Shown here: positions 52,305-62,000 of the stretch, in pieces
Layout of the letters: every line of letters starts with the position of its first letter
Numbering within the stretch: the stretch's first letter is position 1
Assembly (NCBI GenBank): GCA_964291265.2
Contig: OZ219747.1
Coordinates: forward strand, 192,001-256,000
DNA from: Alphaproteobacteria bacterium
Lineage (GTDB): Bacteria; Pseudomonadota; Alphaproteobacteria; SP197
Direction of reading: 5' to 3'
DNA: 64,000 nt
Made by a program: the position numbers and the translations under genes
Notes under the pieces: generated by a model
Databases searched by the model: none
Told to the model about the DNA's origin: nothing
The model's input: the letters and a program-made list of their open reading frames with translations, nothing else

Positions 52305-52760
52305 TTAGAAGTGGACGATGTCCCGGCCGCCCTCGAAATCGCGGATCGTGGCACTCACGTTGTCAGAACCAAGACAGGAGGCAAACCGATCATTGCCGGC
52401 ACCGCCGTACAGCATGTCGCCGCCGCCGCCTCTGAGGCTGTAGCCGCTTCTGCCGCCATCCGGCAGGATGAAATCGCGCACATCCTCCATCGATACACCC
52501 GTCAAGGTGGTCGTATCTGGGGAACTGCCAAAGCGGGCGTAGTGGTCTTTGGCGATTTGGCCGAAGGTGACCCAGTGGTGAATGACGGTATCGGCGCCCT
52601 CCTGCTTGATGACCGACTCGTCAAGGCCTACCACGAGAATCCTGTCGCCGGCCTCGTAATCGAAATCGGTGATTGTGACGTGGCCGGAGCCATGGCACAC
52701 AAAGGTGTCGGCGCCGCGGCCTCCCGTCAGCGTGTCGTCGCCGTAAAGGATGCCCGATGC
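52305..52760 (-). pseudogene. Orphan RTX / Ca-binding repeat module without a convincing start
   Basis: GDDTLTGGRGADTF, TITDF...GDRI, QEGADTVI, LYGGAGNDRF; paralogous to modules of the upstream RTX gene. Confidence 0.6.
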
Positions 52761-52821
52761 CTTCCAGCATGGCGGAGGTTTCGATGTCGTCGCCCTTGCC
52801 GCAACCCCGGCCGCCGACGCA

Positions 52822-54906
52822 CTAGGCGACAAAGACGAAGTCGAAGTCGTCGATGGTCAAGTCGTCCATCCTGGTGTCGAGCAGCGTGATGGTGTCTCCC
52901 GCATCGCCGTAGCCGATGACGGTATCGTCGCCGTCCTGGCGGGTCTTCAGCGACTCGAAAGCGGCTTCGTCCGTGGTGTCGCCCGCAACATTGAGGTGAA
53001 GCTGGATGACTTCCCTCCCCAAAGCGCGAGGCAGCAATGTTTCGTAGCTGATGGAAAAGAAGTTCCAGCCGAAATCCTCGATCGTGTCCTGCCCGTCGCC
53101 CTCGTTGAACACGAAGGTATCGGCCCCCGCGCCGCTTTCCATGGTGTCATTGCCCTTGCCGCCCACCATGGTGTTGTCTCCATGGCCACCTGTCAGGGTA
53201 TCGTCGCCGGCACCGCCGTGGAGTTGGTCGTCTCCATGGCCACCTGTCAGGGTATCGTCGCCGGCACCGCCGTGGAGTTCGTTGTCTCCCCAGCTATCTG
53301 TCAGGGTATCGTCGCCGGCACCGCCGTGGAGTTCGTCGTCTCCATGGCCACCCTTCAGGGTATCGTCGCCGGCGCCGCCGTGGAGCTCGTTGTTGCCGCG
53401 GGAGACGGTAAGGGTGTCGTTGCCGGCGCCGCCGTGGAGCTCGTTGTTGCCGCGGGAGGCGGTAAGGGTGTCGTTGCCGGCACCGCCGTGGAGTTCGTTG
53501 TCGCCGTAGTCGTCTCTCAGCGAGTCGTCGCCCTCGCCGCCGTTCAGCGTGTCATCGCCATCGCCGCCGTGCAGCGTGTCATCGCCTTTGCCGCCGTTCA
53601 GCGTGTCATCGCCATCGCCGCCTTTCAGCTTGTCATCGCCCCCGTCGCCGTTGAGAATGTCATCGCCGCCGAGGCCCCAGAGTGCGTCATCGCCCTTGCC
53701 GCCGTTCAGCGTGTCGTCGTCCTCGCCGCCGTAGAGGTCGTCATCGCCGTCGCCACCGTTGATGGTGACGGTGTCTGGGCCGGCACTGTTAGCGAGCGCC
53801 TTGCGCCACGGACTGAAAACCCAGGAAGGAAAGATGAAGTCGTCCTCACCGAGGGACGCTGCCGACACGCCGGTCAAGGTGATCGTATTGTCGGCGCCGT
53901 AGTGAATGACGGCATCGGCGCCGTCCTGTTCGATGCGTAGCACCTCAAACCCGCCGTACCCGCCATGATCAATCTCGATCCTGTCCCCGTCCCGGAAGTC
54001 GGTAATGGTGCCGGCGCCGTCTCCCGGCCCAAACCAGAAGATGTCGTTGCCGGCGCCGCCGGTGAGCGTGTCGGCGCCCTCGCCGCCGGAGAGGTAGTCA
54101 TCGCCGGCCCCGCCGTACAGCGTGTCGTCGCCGACGCTACCGTACAGGCTGTCGTCGCCAGCCTCGCCATGCAACGTGTCGTCACCCGCGCCACCCGACA
54201 TCTGGTCATCGCCGGCGCCACCGTACAGCGTGTCGTCACCGCCATAGCCCGCCATGTGGTCCCAACCGACACCGCCGGTGAGCGTATCGTCGCCGTCGCC
54301 GCCCCGGATTATGTTCGGGAACGTTAACCTGACGAATGCAACGGGAGGCGCAACGGGAGGCAGGATGAAGTCGTCCTCACCGAGGGAGGACGCTGTCATA
54401 CCGGTCAGCCGGATCGTATCGCCGCTGTCGCCATAGCGGATGATGGTGTCGGCGCCGTCCTGCTCGATGACCAGCGCCGCAAACCCGCCGGATACGCCAT
54501 CCAGGCGAATCCTGTCGCCACCCCCGAAGTCGGTAATGGTGTCGTCGCCGTCTCCCGCCGCGAACACGAAGGTGTCGGCGCCCTTGCCACCGGCCAGCGT
54601 GTCATCGCCGGCCCCGCCGGTCAGCGTATCGGCGCCCCTGGCGCCACGCAGGGTGTCGTCGCCAGCTCCGCCCATCAGCGTGTCATTGCCCTTGCCGCCC
54701 CCCAGGGTGTCGTCGCCAGCCCCGCCGGTCAGCGTGTCGGCGCCCAGGCCGCCATAGAGGAGATCGTCGCCGGCCCCACCGGTCAGCGTGTCGGCACCCC
54801 TGTAGCCCCGCAGGGTGTCGTCGCCATCACCACCTGTCAGCGTGTCCGCGTCCTTGCCGCCCTTCAGGGTGTCGTCGCCGGCGCTGCCGGTCCGCTTGAT
54901 AGTCAT
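52822..54906 (-). CDS. RTX-type calcium-binding repeat protein (probable type I secretion substrate)
   Basis: Dozens of GGxGxDxL nonapeptides in three blocks; no signal peptide; SD AGGAG 8 nt before ATG 54906. Confidence 0.92.
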   Translation of the reverse strand: MTIKRTGSAGDDTLKGGKDADTLTGGDGDDTLRGYRGADTLTGGAGDDLLYGGLGADTLTGGAGDDTLGGGKGNDTLMGGAGDDTLRGARGADTLTGGAGDDTLAGGKGADTFVFAAGDGDDTITDFGGGDRIRLDGVSGGFAALVIEQDGADTIIRYGDSGDTIRLTGMTASSLGEDDFILPPVAPPVAFVRLTFPNIIRGGDGDDTLTGGVGWDHMAGYGGDDTLYGGAGDDQMSGGAGDDTLHGEAGDDSLYGSVGDDTLYGGAGDDYLSGGEGADTLTGGAGNDIFWFGPGDGAGTITDFRDGDRIEIDHGGYGGFEVLRIEQDGADAVIHYGADNTITLTGVSAASLGEDDFIFPSWVFSPWRKALANSAGPDTVTINGGDGDDDLYGGEDDDTLNGGKGDDALWGLGGDDILNGDGGDDKLKGGDGDDTLNGGKGDDTLHGGDGDDTLNGGEGDDSLRDDYGDNELHGGAGNDTLTASRGNNELHGGAGNDTLTVSRGNNELHGGAGDDTLKGGHGDDELHGGAGDDTLTDSWGDNELHGGAGDDTLTGGHGDDQLHGGAGDDTLTGGHGDNTMVGGKGNDTMESGAGADTFVFNEGDGQDTIEDFGWNFFSISYETLLPRALGREVIQLHLNVAGDTTDEAAFESLKTRQDGDDTVIGYGDAGDTITLLDTRMDDLTIDDFDFVFVA
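53179..53502 (-). repeat. Six tandem 54-bp coding repeats within the RTX gene
   Basis: xxELHGGAGxDTLxxxxG six times (one copy QLH), 324 bp in total. Confidence 0.85.
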
Positions 54907-54939
54907 CACATGATCTCCTGATCCCAACTATGGGAACAC

Positions 54940-54971
54940 ACTCTACCCCCCCCCCCCGCCGGTCAAGTCAA
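54940..54971 (-). promoter_or_regulatory. Putative sigma70 promoter of the RTX gene with a G12 homopolymer in the spacer
   Basis: Minus strand reads TTGACTTGACC-GGC-G12-TAGAGT, ending 33 nt upstream of the start codon. Confidence 0.7.
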
Positions 54972-55462
54972 GGGATTTCTTTCCGTCGGCGTCGCGCGGA
55001 TACGCCGCCTCTTGCAGCCGAAACAGGATGCGCCGAAGCCGTGGCGCAGACCGGCGGGCAGCCGCGTGGTGTCGTCGCGTTCGTGCAGCGCCCGCAGTTC
55101 CCTTGTGCGCCTGACCTCCATGATTCGCTGTGGCGCACCACGCTGCACGCCCCATGAATGCCGAGGCTTCGGAGCGGCGCATACAGGTAGCGGTCGACGC
55201 GACGCAGCAGCAGGTGGCGAAGATCCGCCGGACAGGAGACATTCGCCTCAAGAATGAACCGCACTTGCCGCACTCACCTCATCGTCGATCAAGTCGAGGT
55301 CCGGTCGTTGCCCAGTTCGGCACTGCGTTCCCTGACCGCTGCCATGGTGAATTCGCCGACGTGCTGGCGCGAGGTTTCTTCGGCAAGCCGGGAGAGATCG
55401 TCCTTGTCTGCAGCCGTTGCGGGCAGGTAAGCGTTCGGTCACGCGGTGATTGTTGGTGATAT

Positions 55463-55759
55463 TCACCGGTTGAGGATGCGTTTGGGAGGCGGTTCGCTGT
55501 CGGGTCCGAAAACGATGGGCTTGGGCTGGCCCGGCTGGTGCCTGGGTGGCGGCAGGGTGATGAGGCCGTCGCGGTGCATGGCCAGGAAGGTGACACTCGC
55601 CATCATGTTCTTGAGGCCGCCGTCGGGCTTGTACCAGCCGGTTTCGCGGCAGAAGGCGCGGGCGATGGCCGCACGGGTGGGGTGCTGGGTGATCAGGGAG
55701 CGCAACAGCGCCATCTCGTGCGCGGTGAAGTCACGGCCGTCGTAACGGCACTCGATCAC
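55463..55759 (-). pseudogene. N-terminal fragment of a DUF4338 (DruA-like) protein
   Basis: RYDGRDFT..E...LR.LI...PTR..IAR.FC...GWYKPDGGLK.M.....LAMHRDGLITLPPP; truncated; GTGA overlap with the IS66 transposase stop. Confidence 0.7.
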
Positions 55760-56064
55760 CCCGGTTCCGTGAGGTCCCGTCGGCGCTCCGGGGTCATCGA
55801 CCATGGCAGCCACGGGTCGAGGTCATCCGGCGGCTTGCCGCCGTTCTGCGCGCAGGCATCAAGCCACTCATGAAGCCAGCGCCGAACATGGATGCCGTTC
55901 ATGGCAAGGGTGCCGATGACCGAGTACATGATGGCGGTGAAGGCGGCGCCTTCCTCGCTGTCGGAGCCGAAGTTCAGCTTTCTCGCGGTCACCGCACCCC
56001 GGAGGGTTCTCTCGGCCAGGTTGTTGTCCATGGGCACCTGAGGATGGTCGACAAAGACGCATAG
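55756..56064 (-). pseudogene. IS66 family transposase C-terminal fragment, cut by IS1380
   Basis: VFVDHPQVPMDNNLAERTLR...RK..FGS.S..GA......S...T..NG...WL...LPW. Confidence 0.88.
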
Positions 56065-57847
56065 CCCGGATTTGTCACCAAGTTTCCTATTGATGGGGAT
56101 GGGGTTTGTGATATATGAATAAGACCAATGAGTTAGATGCACCAAGGAGCCCATCCACATGGCGACACAGTGTCCAGCACAACAACTTGAGTTTGAAGGT
56201 CTCGGACGGCGGCAGATTGTGGCCAATTTCGATGGTGGCCGCATGACCTCCGACGGTGGTGCGCTTCTGTTGCGGGAAGCAGACAGGCTTTTCAACGTGA
56301 CGGAGCGTGTTGCTGGCGCTTTTGTTGATTATCGTGATCCCAGTCGCATTGAACACGATGTGACGACACTGGTGGCGCAGCGCATCATCGCTTTGGCTCT
56401 GGGTTACGAGGATCTCAACGATCATGACCGTCTGCGTGACGGCCCTGCTCTGGCCCTGGCTTGCGGGATCGACGATGTGGAGGGAGCGAGACGGGTTCGC
56501 GAGCGGGACCGTGGACATGTGCTGGCGGCCTCGAGCACGCTGAACCGCCTGGAACTCGGCGATCCGAATGAGGCGAGCCTGGACCGCTATAAGAAGATCG
56601 TGGCCGATCACGAAGCACTGGACCGTCTTCTTGTGGACCTGTTTCTGGAGAGCCATGCGGAACCGCCCAAGGAGATTGTTCTGGATCTTGATGCCACCGA
56701 CGATCCGGTGCATGGCGACCAGGAGGGCAAGTCCTTCCACGGCTATGACGACCACCATGGCTTCCTGCCGCTGTTCGTCGTCTGCGGCGAGCACATCCTG
56801 CGCTGCCGGTTGCGGACGGCCGACCATGGCGCGGCGGATGGCTCGGTGGATGAGCTGTCACGGATCGTTGAGCAGATCCGCGGCGTGTGGCCCCGGACAC
56901 GGATCGTGGTGCGGGGGGATTGTGACTTCGGCACGGACGACATCATGGTCTGGTGCGAGGACCATGGTGTCGACTATGTCTTTGGATATGGTCAGAATCC
57001 TCGCTTGAACAGCATGGTCACGAAGGCACTCAACAAGTCGAGGCGGCGTTGTCTGGTGTCCGGCAAGCCATCCAGACGGTATCGGGATCTGCGGTATCGC
57101 ACGCAGAAGTCATGGTCCCGCGAGCGGCGAGTGGTGGCCAAGGCGGAATGGCTACCGGGACCGCGCGGCAAGAACGCTCGTTACATTGTGACGAGCATCT
57201 CCAGGAAGGAGGTCGGCGCTCGGGAACTCTATGAGCAGAGGTACTGTGCTCGGGGAGACATGGAGAACCGGATCAAGGATCAGCAGTTGTGGCTGTTCTC
57301 CGATCGCACGTCGTGCCATGTCATGCGGGCCAACCAGCTGCGCATGTACTTCTCGGCCTTTGCCGGCGCCATCGTCGACATCCTGCGCCGTGTCGGCCTG
57401 CACGGCACCGAGTGTGCCCGCTGGCGCGTCGACACCATACGCTCCCGGTTGTTCAAGCTTGCCGGCAGGGTGACGAAGACGGTGCGCCGGCTTCGCCTCT
57501 CCTTTGCCTCGATCTTCCCCTTGCAGGAGGTGTTCGCCCGCACCCTCGTCAACCTGCGTGCCGCGGCCCAGGCGCCGCCGCCGGGATAGCTTGTGCTGCA
57601 TCCCATCACAGTCTGATCACAGCGTCTCCCGAAGGCGTCGCCAGGGGTGTGCCTGGCGCATGTCCCGGCATAGACACGAACGCCAAAAACGGCCTTCGAT
57701 CCCCTTGGTCTGCCAATATGAGCCGAAAAACTATCTCAAATGCGACACGATTCCGCCAACAGCGCAATCAAAGTGAACCTTGTCTGCGCCCGAGGCTGAA
57801 GATTACGCCATCATGCCACTATCATTCCCCTTGGTGACGGAACCGGG
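56065..57847 (+). mobile_element. IS1380 family insertion sequence
   Basis: Terminal IRs CCCGGATTTGTCACCAA and CCCGGTTCCGTCACCAA (14/17 identical) around an intact transposase. Confidence 0.92.
56159..57589 (+). CDS. IS1380 family transposase
   Basis: FDGGRMTSDGG; GYEDLNDHD.LR; LDLDATDD..HG.QEG; RGD; YCARGDMENRIK. Confidence 0.94.
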   Translation: MATQCPAQQLEFEGLGRRQIVANFDGGRMTSDGGALLLREADRLFNVTERVAGAFVDYRDPSRIEHDVTTLVAQRIIALALGYEDLNDHDRLRDGPALALACGIDDVEGARRVRERDRGHVLAASSTLNRLELGDPNEASLDRYKKIVADHEALDRLLVDLFLESHAEPPKEIVLDLDATDDPVHGDQEGKSFHGYDDHHGFLPLFVVCGEHILRCRLRTADHGAADGSVDELSRIVEQIRGVWPRTRIVVRGDCDFGTDDIMVWCEDHGVDYVFGYGQNPRLNSMVTKALNKSRRRCLVSGKPSRRYRDLRYRTQKSWSRERRVVAKAEWLPGPRGKNARYIVTSISRKEVGARELYEQRYCARGDMENRIKDQQLWLFSDRTSCHVMRANQLRMYFSAFAGAIVDILRRVGLHGTECARWRVDTIRSRLFKLAGRVTKTVRRLRLSFASIFPLQEVFARTLVNLRAAAQAPPPG

Positions 57848-58003
57848 CTAATGATGCTATGCCTCGGACCGACGAGAGGCATCGCGTGAGAAAGAGGACT
57901 TGAGCCCGCTGTTCCGCTCTGCGGTGTGATCCGCCTGATACAGCCCGAGGGCTGGGTTGGTTATGATAACCATGTGGGGAACCCATCGTTCGGAGTCCAG
58001 AAG

Positions 58004-58193
58004 ATGACGATAGCACGGTCTGTTGGCGAGGTCCTTGGGAATCACGTGACGCTGGAGCTTGAGTGTCTGGGACCGGCTGTATCTCAACGCCTGTGTGCCG
58101 ATGCCGCAGACGGGTGGTGGCGCGGCCTGGTTCTTTCGGGAGGTCCTGGGCAATCCTGTTCCGTCATCGGCTCTGATGGCGCCGATGACGCAG
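58004..58193 (+). pseudogene. N-terminal fragment of an uncharacterised, probably mobile-element protein family
   Basis: MTIARSVGEVLGNHVTLELECL, then a frameshift, then DRLYLNACVP..QTGGG...FFREVLGNPVPSSALMAPMT. Family recognised from memory only. Confidence 0.6.
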
Positions 58194-58334
58194 AATCTTG
58201 AAGGCAAGCATTAGCGTTGATTTCCCCGGCGCATTCAAACGGGTGAAAACCCCTTGCGTGAAGACGATCGTGGATTCGTCTGTGCCGGTGGCCGGTCCAT
58301 TTGATTGGAGAATCTGAAGACGGAGAGTGGATTG

Positions 58335-58570
58335 AACCTGTGTTGCGGTAAGGCACCGCGTCTATGAGGGGCAGCACTCGCCTGACGTCGCCCGCGCGCG
58401 CCCGTGCAAGCGCCATGGCCACTATGACCGCAAGAGTCAGACCGACGCGGATGTTCGTCATCGTGCGTCCACAGTGAGTCTCGAAGTCGAAGACGCGGTC
58501 GAGGCGGCTCTTGGTGCGCTCCATGGCCGAGCACCGAATATCGCCGCGCTGCCAGGACGGGCCGCCGGTA
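58335..58570 (-). pseudogene. C-terminal remnant of a DDE transposase (IS5/IS1182-like)
   Basis: GPSWQRG..R.SAMER.KSRLD..FDFETH......RVGL.LAVIVAMAL resembles the R..xER.NSR catalytic-E region. Confidence 0.6.
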
Positions 58571-58721
58571 AGCGGTCGGTCAAAGGGTGACGATAATGGA
58601 CATGACAGTGACAACTGCGCATTGTCTTCTTAGTGACGGCGCTCCGGCCGTCACTAACCAGAATCTTTCGGCTGCATTCTTTCAGGTGCCACATTCCCTT
58701 GTTACCGCAGGACCGAACGCT
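58571..58721 (+). repeat. MITE-like element copy 3, with an internal 11-bp hairpin and an extra right end at 58783-58795
   Basis: AGCGGTCGGTCAA...GACGATAATGGACATGACAGTGACAACTGCGCA...TTACCGCAGGACCGAACGCT; hairpin TTAGTGACGGC/GCCGTCACTAA at 58630-58657. Confidence 0.7.
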
Positions 58722-59031
58722 TGCGCACAGGGTAAGACCGGAAACGCGTCCACGACCAGTGACAGTCGTTCACCATCACCTCGTGACCGAACGCTTGTCG
58801 ATGCCGCACTTCAATCGTTTACTTTCTGTTGTCGACAGGATGATGCACGAACCTTCGGGCAGGCCACGCCGACTCCATGTGACGAAGATCGTTGCGGACC
58901 GCCGACGCCGGGGAGTGACGGTGCGGAGGCCGGCCCGTTGCTGCTGCGCAAGACGGCAAGGAGATGCCGTATCGGAATTGCGCTCGCCCGAATTCCGGCA
59001 TTGCTTGCTGCACGCCAGGATTGCGTTCGCT

Positions 59032-62000
59032 TCATCCGTCCGGCTCTTCAGTCCCACTCAAGCGCAGGCTAAGGTCAGCGCGGCTCAGGATATCATTGAT
59101 GGATACGGCCGTTTCGGCATGCGGTTTGTCTCCGTCCCCCAGTGTCATGCGAAGGTGGAACCGCAGAGAGACGCCGGCAGCGGCAATCCTGACTTCCGGG
59201 AGCGCTTCAACCAGATCCTGCAACTCACTGAGTTCCAGATCGGCAGCACCAACATGCAGGCCCTTGCGAACCGGTGCGGATGTGGTGCTGTCCTCGAGAA
59301 CGGTGTGTTCGGGTCTTTGCAGCAGCATGACGGTCGCCGCGTCAGCAGCCGAGCACGGCCATGTACTGCTTCCGGGCGCCAAGGCGAGCCACCGAACGTT
59401 GAGCGCGTCGTTGATCGCCTGTCGCAGGATCGCCCAGGGCAACGGCGCACCGTCCTGCGTCGAGAGCGCAACGGAGAGGGCCAGAGCACTGGTCTGTCCG
59501 TCCTTCCAAGCCTCCGGCGCCGATTCCTTCGTCAACCGGTTCACGGGTAGTGGCTGCAGCGGCGCACGCAGTTCGGCGCTGTCCGACAGGATGCCAGGCG
59601 GCACCGGTTCACCCTGGAAGCTTGCGGGTCCGTTCACGAGCCACAGTACGCCCTGGCCGACGGCCTCCACGACAGCTGTTTCGACCGCAGCGCGGGGACA
59701 GGCTGGAATACCGACCTGCTCCGCATAGCCCTCACGCTGCACAGTCACCACCCGTCCGCCGTCGAAGTAGGCGGCGAGGTCCACCACCGCGATGGAATCG
59801 CCGGCCCACAGCTCCGGCAGGACATCCGGCGCCAGCGCCTGCGGATCGAGTGCCGACAGCGTGGCCTTGTCGGGCAGGAACAGCTCCAGCGCCGGCTCCG
59901 AGCGGGCCTGCTCGTCGATCGGTGTCCGCCACCAGGTCCTGACCGATCCATCGGGTCTGACCAGCGACGCGACGAAGACGCCGTCACGCACACCCCGGTC
60001 GATCGTGTCGAGGATGTCCTTGCGACGAAGCATCTTCGGCAGTTTCGGGTTCTCCGCGAAGGCGCCGGCAATATCCTTCACGCGGCGCGAGGCTTCGTCG
60101 GCGCGCCAGAGATCGTAGGGGCCGTCGGGCAACATCGCTTCGGCACTGATCGCGGTCTCCTGGATGCGCGCCCGCCGGTCCGCCTTGACGACCGCAAACA
60201 GCGGCTCCGCGCCGATGGTTATCTTGAACGCCTGGACATCGTTGTGCTCGTTGACGGCGACGACGATGGCCCAGGCCTGGCGGACCGCGTCGGGAATGCG
60301 CTTGCGCGCCTTCTCCGTCGTGGTGGCGAGCATCCCTTCGCGTATCGGATCGCCGGTCTGACCGTCAAGCTGTCGGCGCACCTCCTCCCAACCGAGATAG
60401 TCGCGGATGCTTGATCGGGCGGCGTCCAGACCGTCGCGCGAGGGCGCCACCAGAACCACGGCGTTGCGTCGGATCCGCGGCCGGTCCGGCCCCGTCGTCT
60501 GGTCAATGAAGCACCGCGCCTGCGCGCTCGGCCGGCCCGAGTCGGACACCGCATCCGGCCCCAGGACGGCGAAATGGAACTCCCCGTCGTCCCCGATGTC
60601 GCGCGGCCGCTCCGGCAGCACGTGCACCCTTGCGCCTGCCGCCATCGCACCCTGGGTAAGGCTCTTCGTCCGCCGCACTTCCCCCAGCAACACCTGTTCC
60701 ACCTGCTCCACCGCGACCCGGTTGGCGCGGGCGTCGTCATGCATCTGCCTGAGGTTGGGCCTGTTGCCGAGACGCCACGCCAAGGGCAGCGTCGCGGCGT
60801 CGGCGAACTCCGCCTCGTCGAGGAACCAGGAGAGTTCGGTCCAGCGTCGCATGCCTTTCTCGACATCAATTCGGTCCGGGCCTGCCGCGCCGACGAGCGC
60901 CATCAACTCCGGCGTGTGCGCCTTCTGGCCGATTGGCTGCGAACTCAAGAAAACGGCGAACACCGCCTGCTCCATTTCGCGGAGCTTCAGCCCCGGGTGG
61001 TCGCCCTGCACGACCCGCGCTTTCTCAAGCTCGCCTTCCAGCACGGCGCTCCACACATTGCCGGCGCCCTCCGTGACTTCGCGCGTGGCGGTGCCGGCAA
61101 GCTCGCGCGCTGCCTCGGAGAGAGCGTTGTCGCCGGGCGCGGACAGAAAGACATTGGGGCCAACCAGTGGCGCCTTATCCCACTTCTCGGCGTCGCGCAG
61201 CGCGATGGCGAATGTCCTCAGGATGCCGCGCGTACGCTGGAACCCATCCAGCTGGGTCCACTTCGCATAGAAGATGTCGGTCAGCCCCGGATGAAAGGGG
61301 TAGCTCTCCAGGAACCGCTGTTCCTCGACCGTCCTGTTCTTGCGCACGGTTTCGTCGACCCCGGCGATATTGGCGACCGCCGCGGTAACGTGGGGACGGA
61401 AGAGGTCGGGATCGGCGATCGAACCGGACTCGAAGAAACGCCGACGCAGCACTTCGGCCACGTCCTCCTTCTGCACCGGCTGGATTCCCTCTTCGCGCTG
61501 CCGGTTGAAGATGTCGAAAATCTGCTGGGTCAGCTGCTTGCCGAGGGCGTCGCCCTTCGCGGCATCGGACGCCAGCAGGGAGGCGACCAGGGCGCAGCGG
61601 TCGACCCTCACCGCAGCCTGGCACAGATACTGGAAGAAGTCGGTCAGCCGCGCGCGCCAGCCCTCCTCCATGGCCGCCTTCTCGCGGGCATACATCAACA
61701 CTTCGTCGATCAGCACCAGGGTGGCAAGCCCGCTTGCCTGCGGCCGTGACAGCAGTTCGGCGAGCAGCGGTTCGGCGGGTGCTGTCGCCCGCTCCTCGTT
61801 CGCGCCTTCGGGGTGAAGCGCACGCAGACCCTCCTCGCCCGCCAGTTGAAACGCCAGCACGCTCCAGGGATGCTTGAGCCAGCGCAGCGCGCCGCTGGGA
61901 TCGCGCACCTCCATGCCTTTCTCCACATCGAGCTTGTCGAAGCAGAGCGCCACGACGCGCGCCGCCGGCAGGAGCGCACCGATATGGGAGCGGAACTGCT

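Noticed and set aside
53179-54890. Regularly spaced repeats resembling a CRISPR array
   Set aside because: They are in-frame RTX coding repeats without unique spacers, and there are no cas genes.
54975-55460. Possible ParB-like pseudogene (QRPDLDLIDDEV, TRELRAL)
   Set aside because: Similarity is too weak and fragmentary to call without a search.
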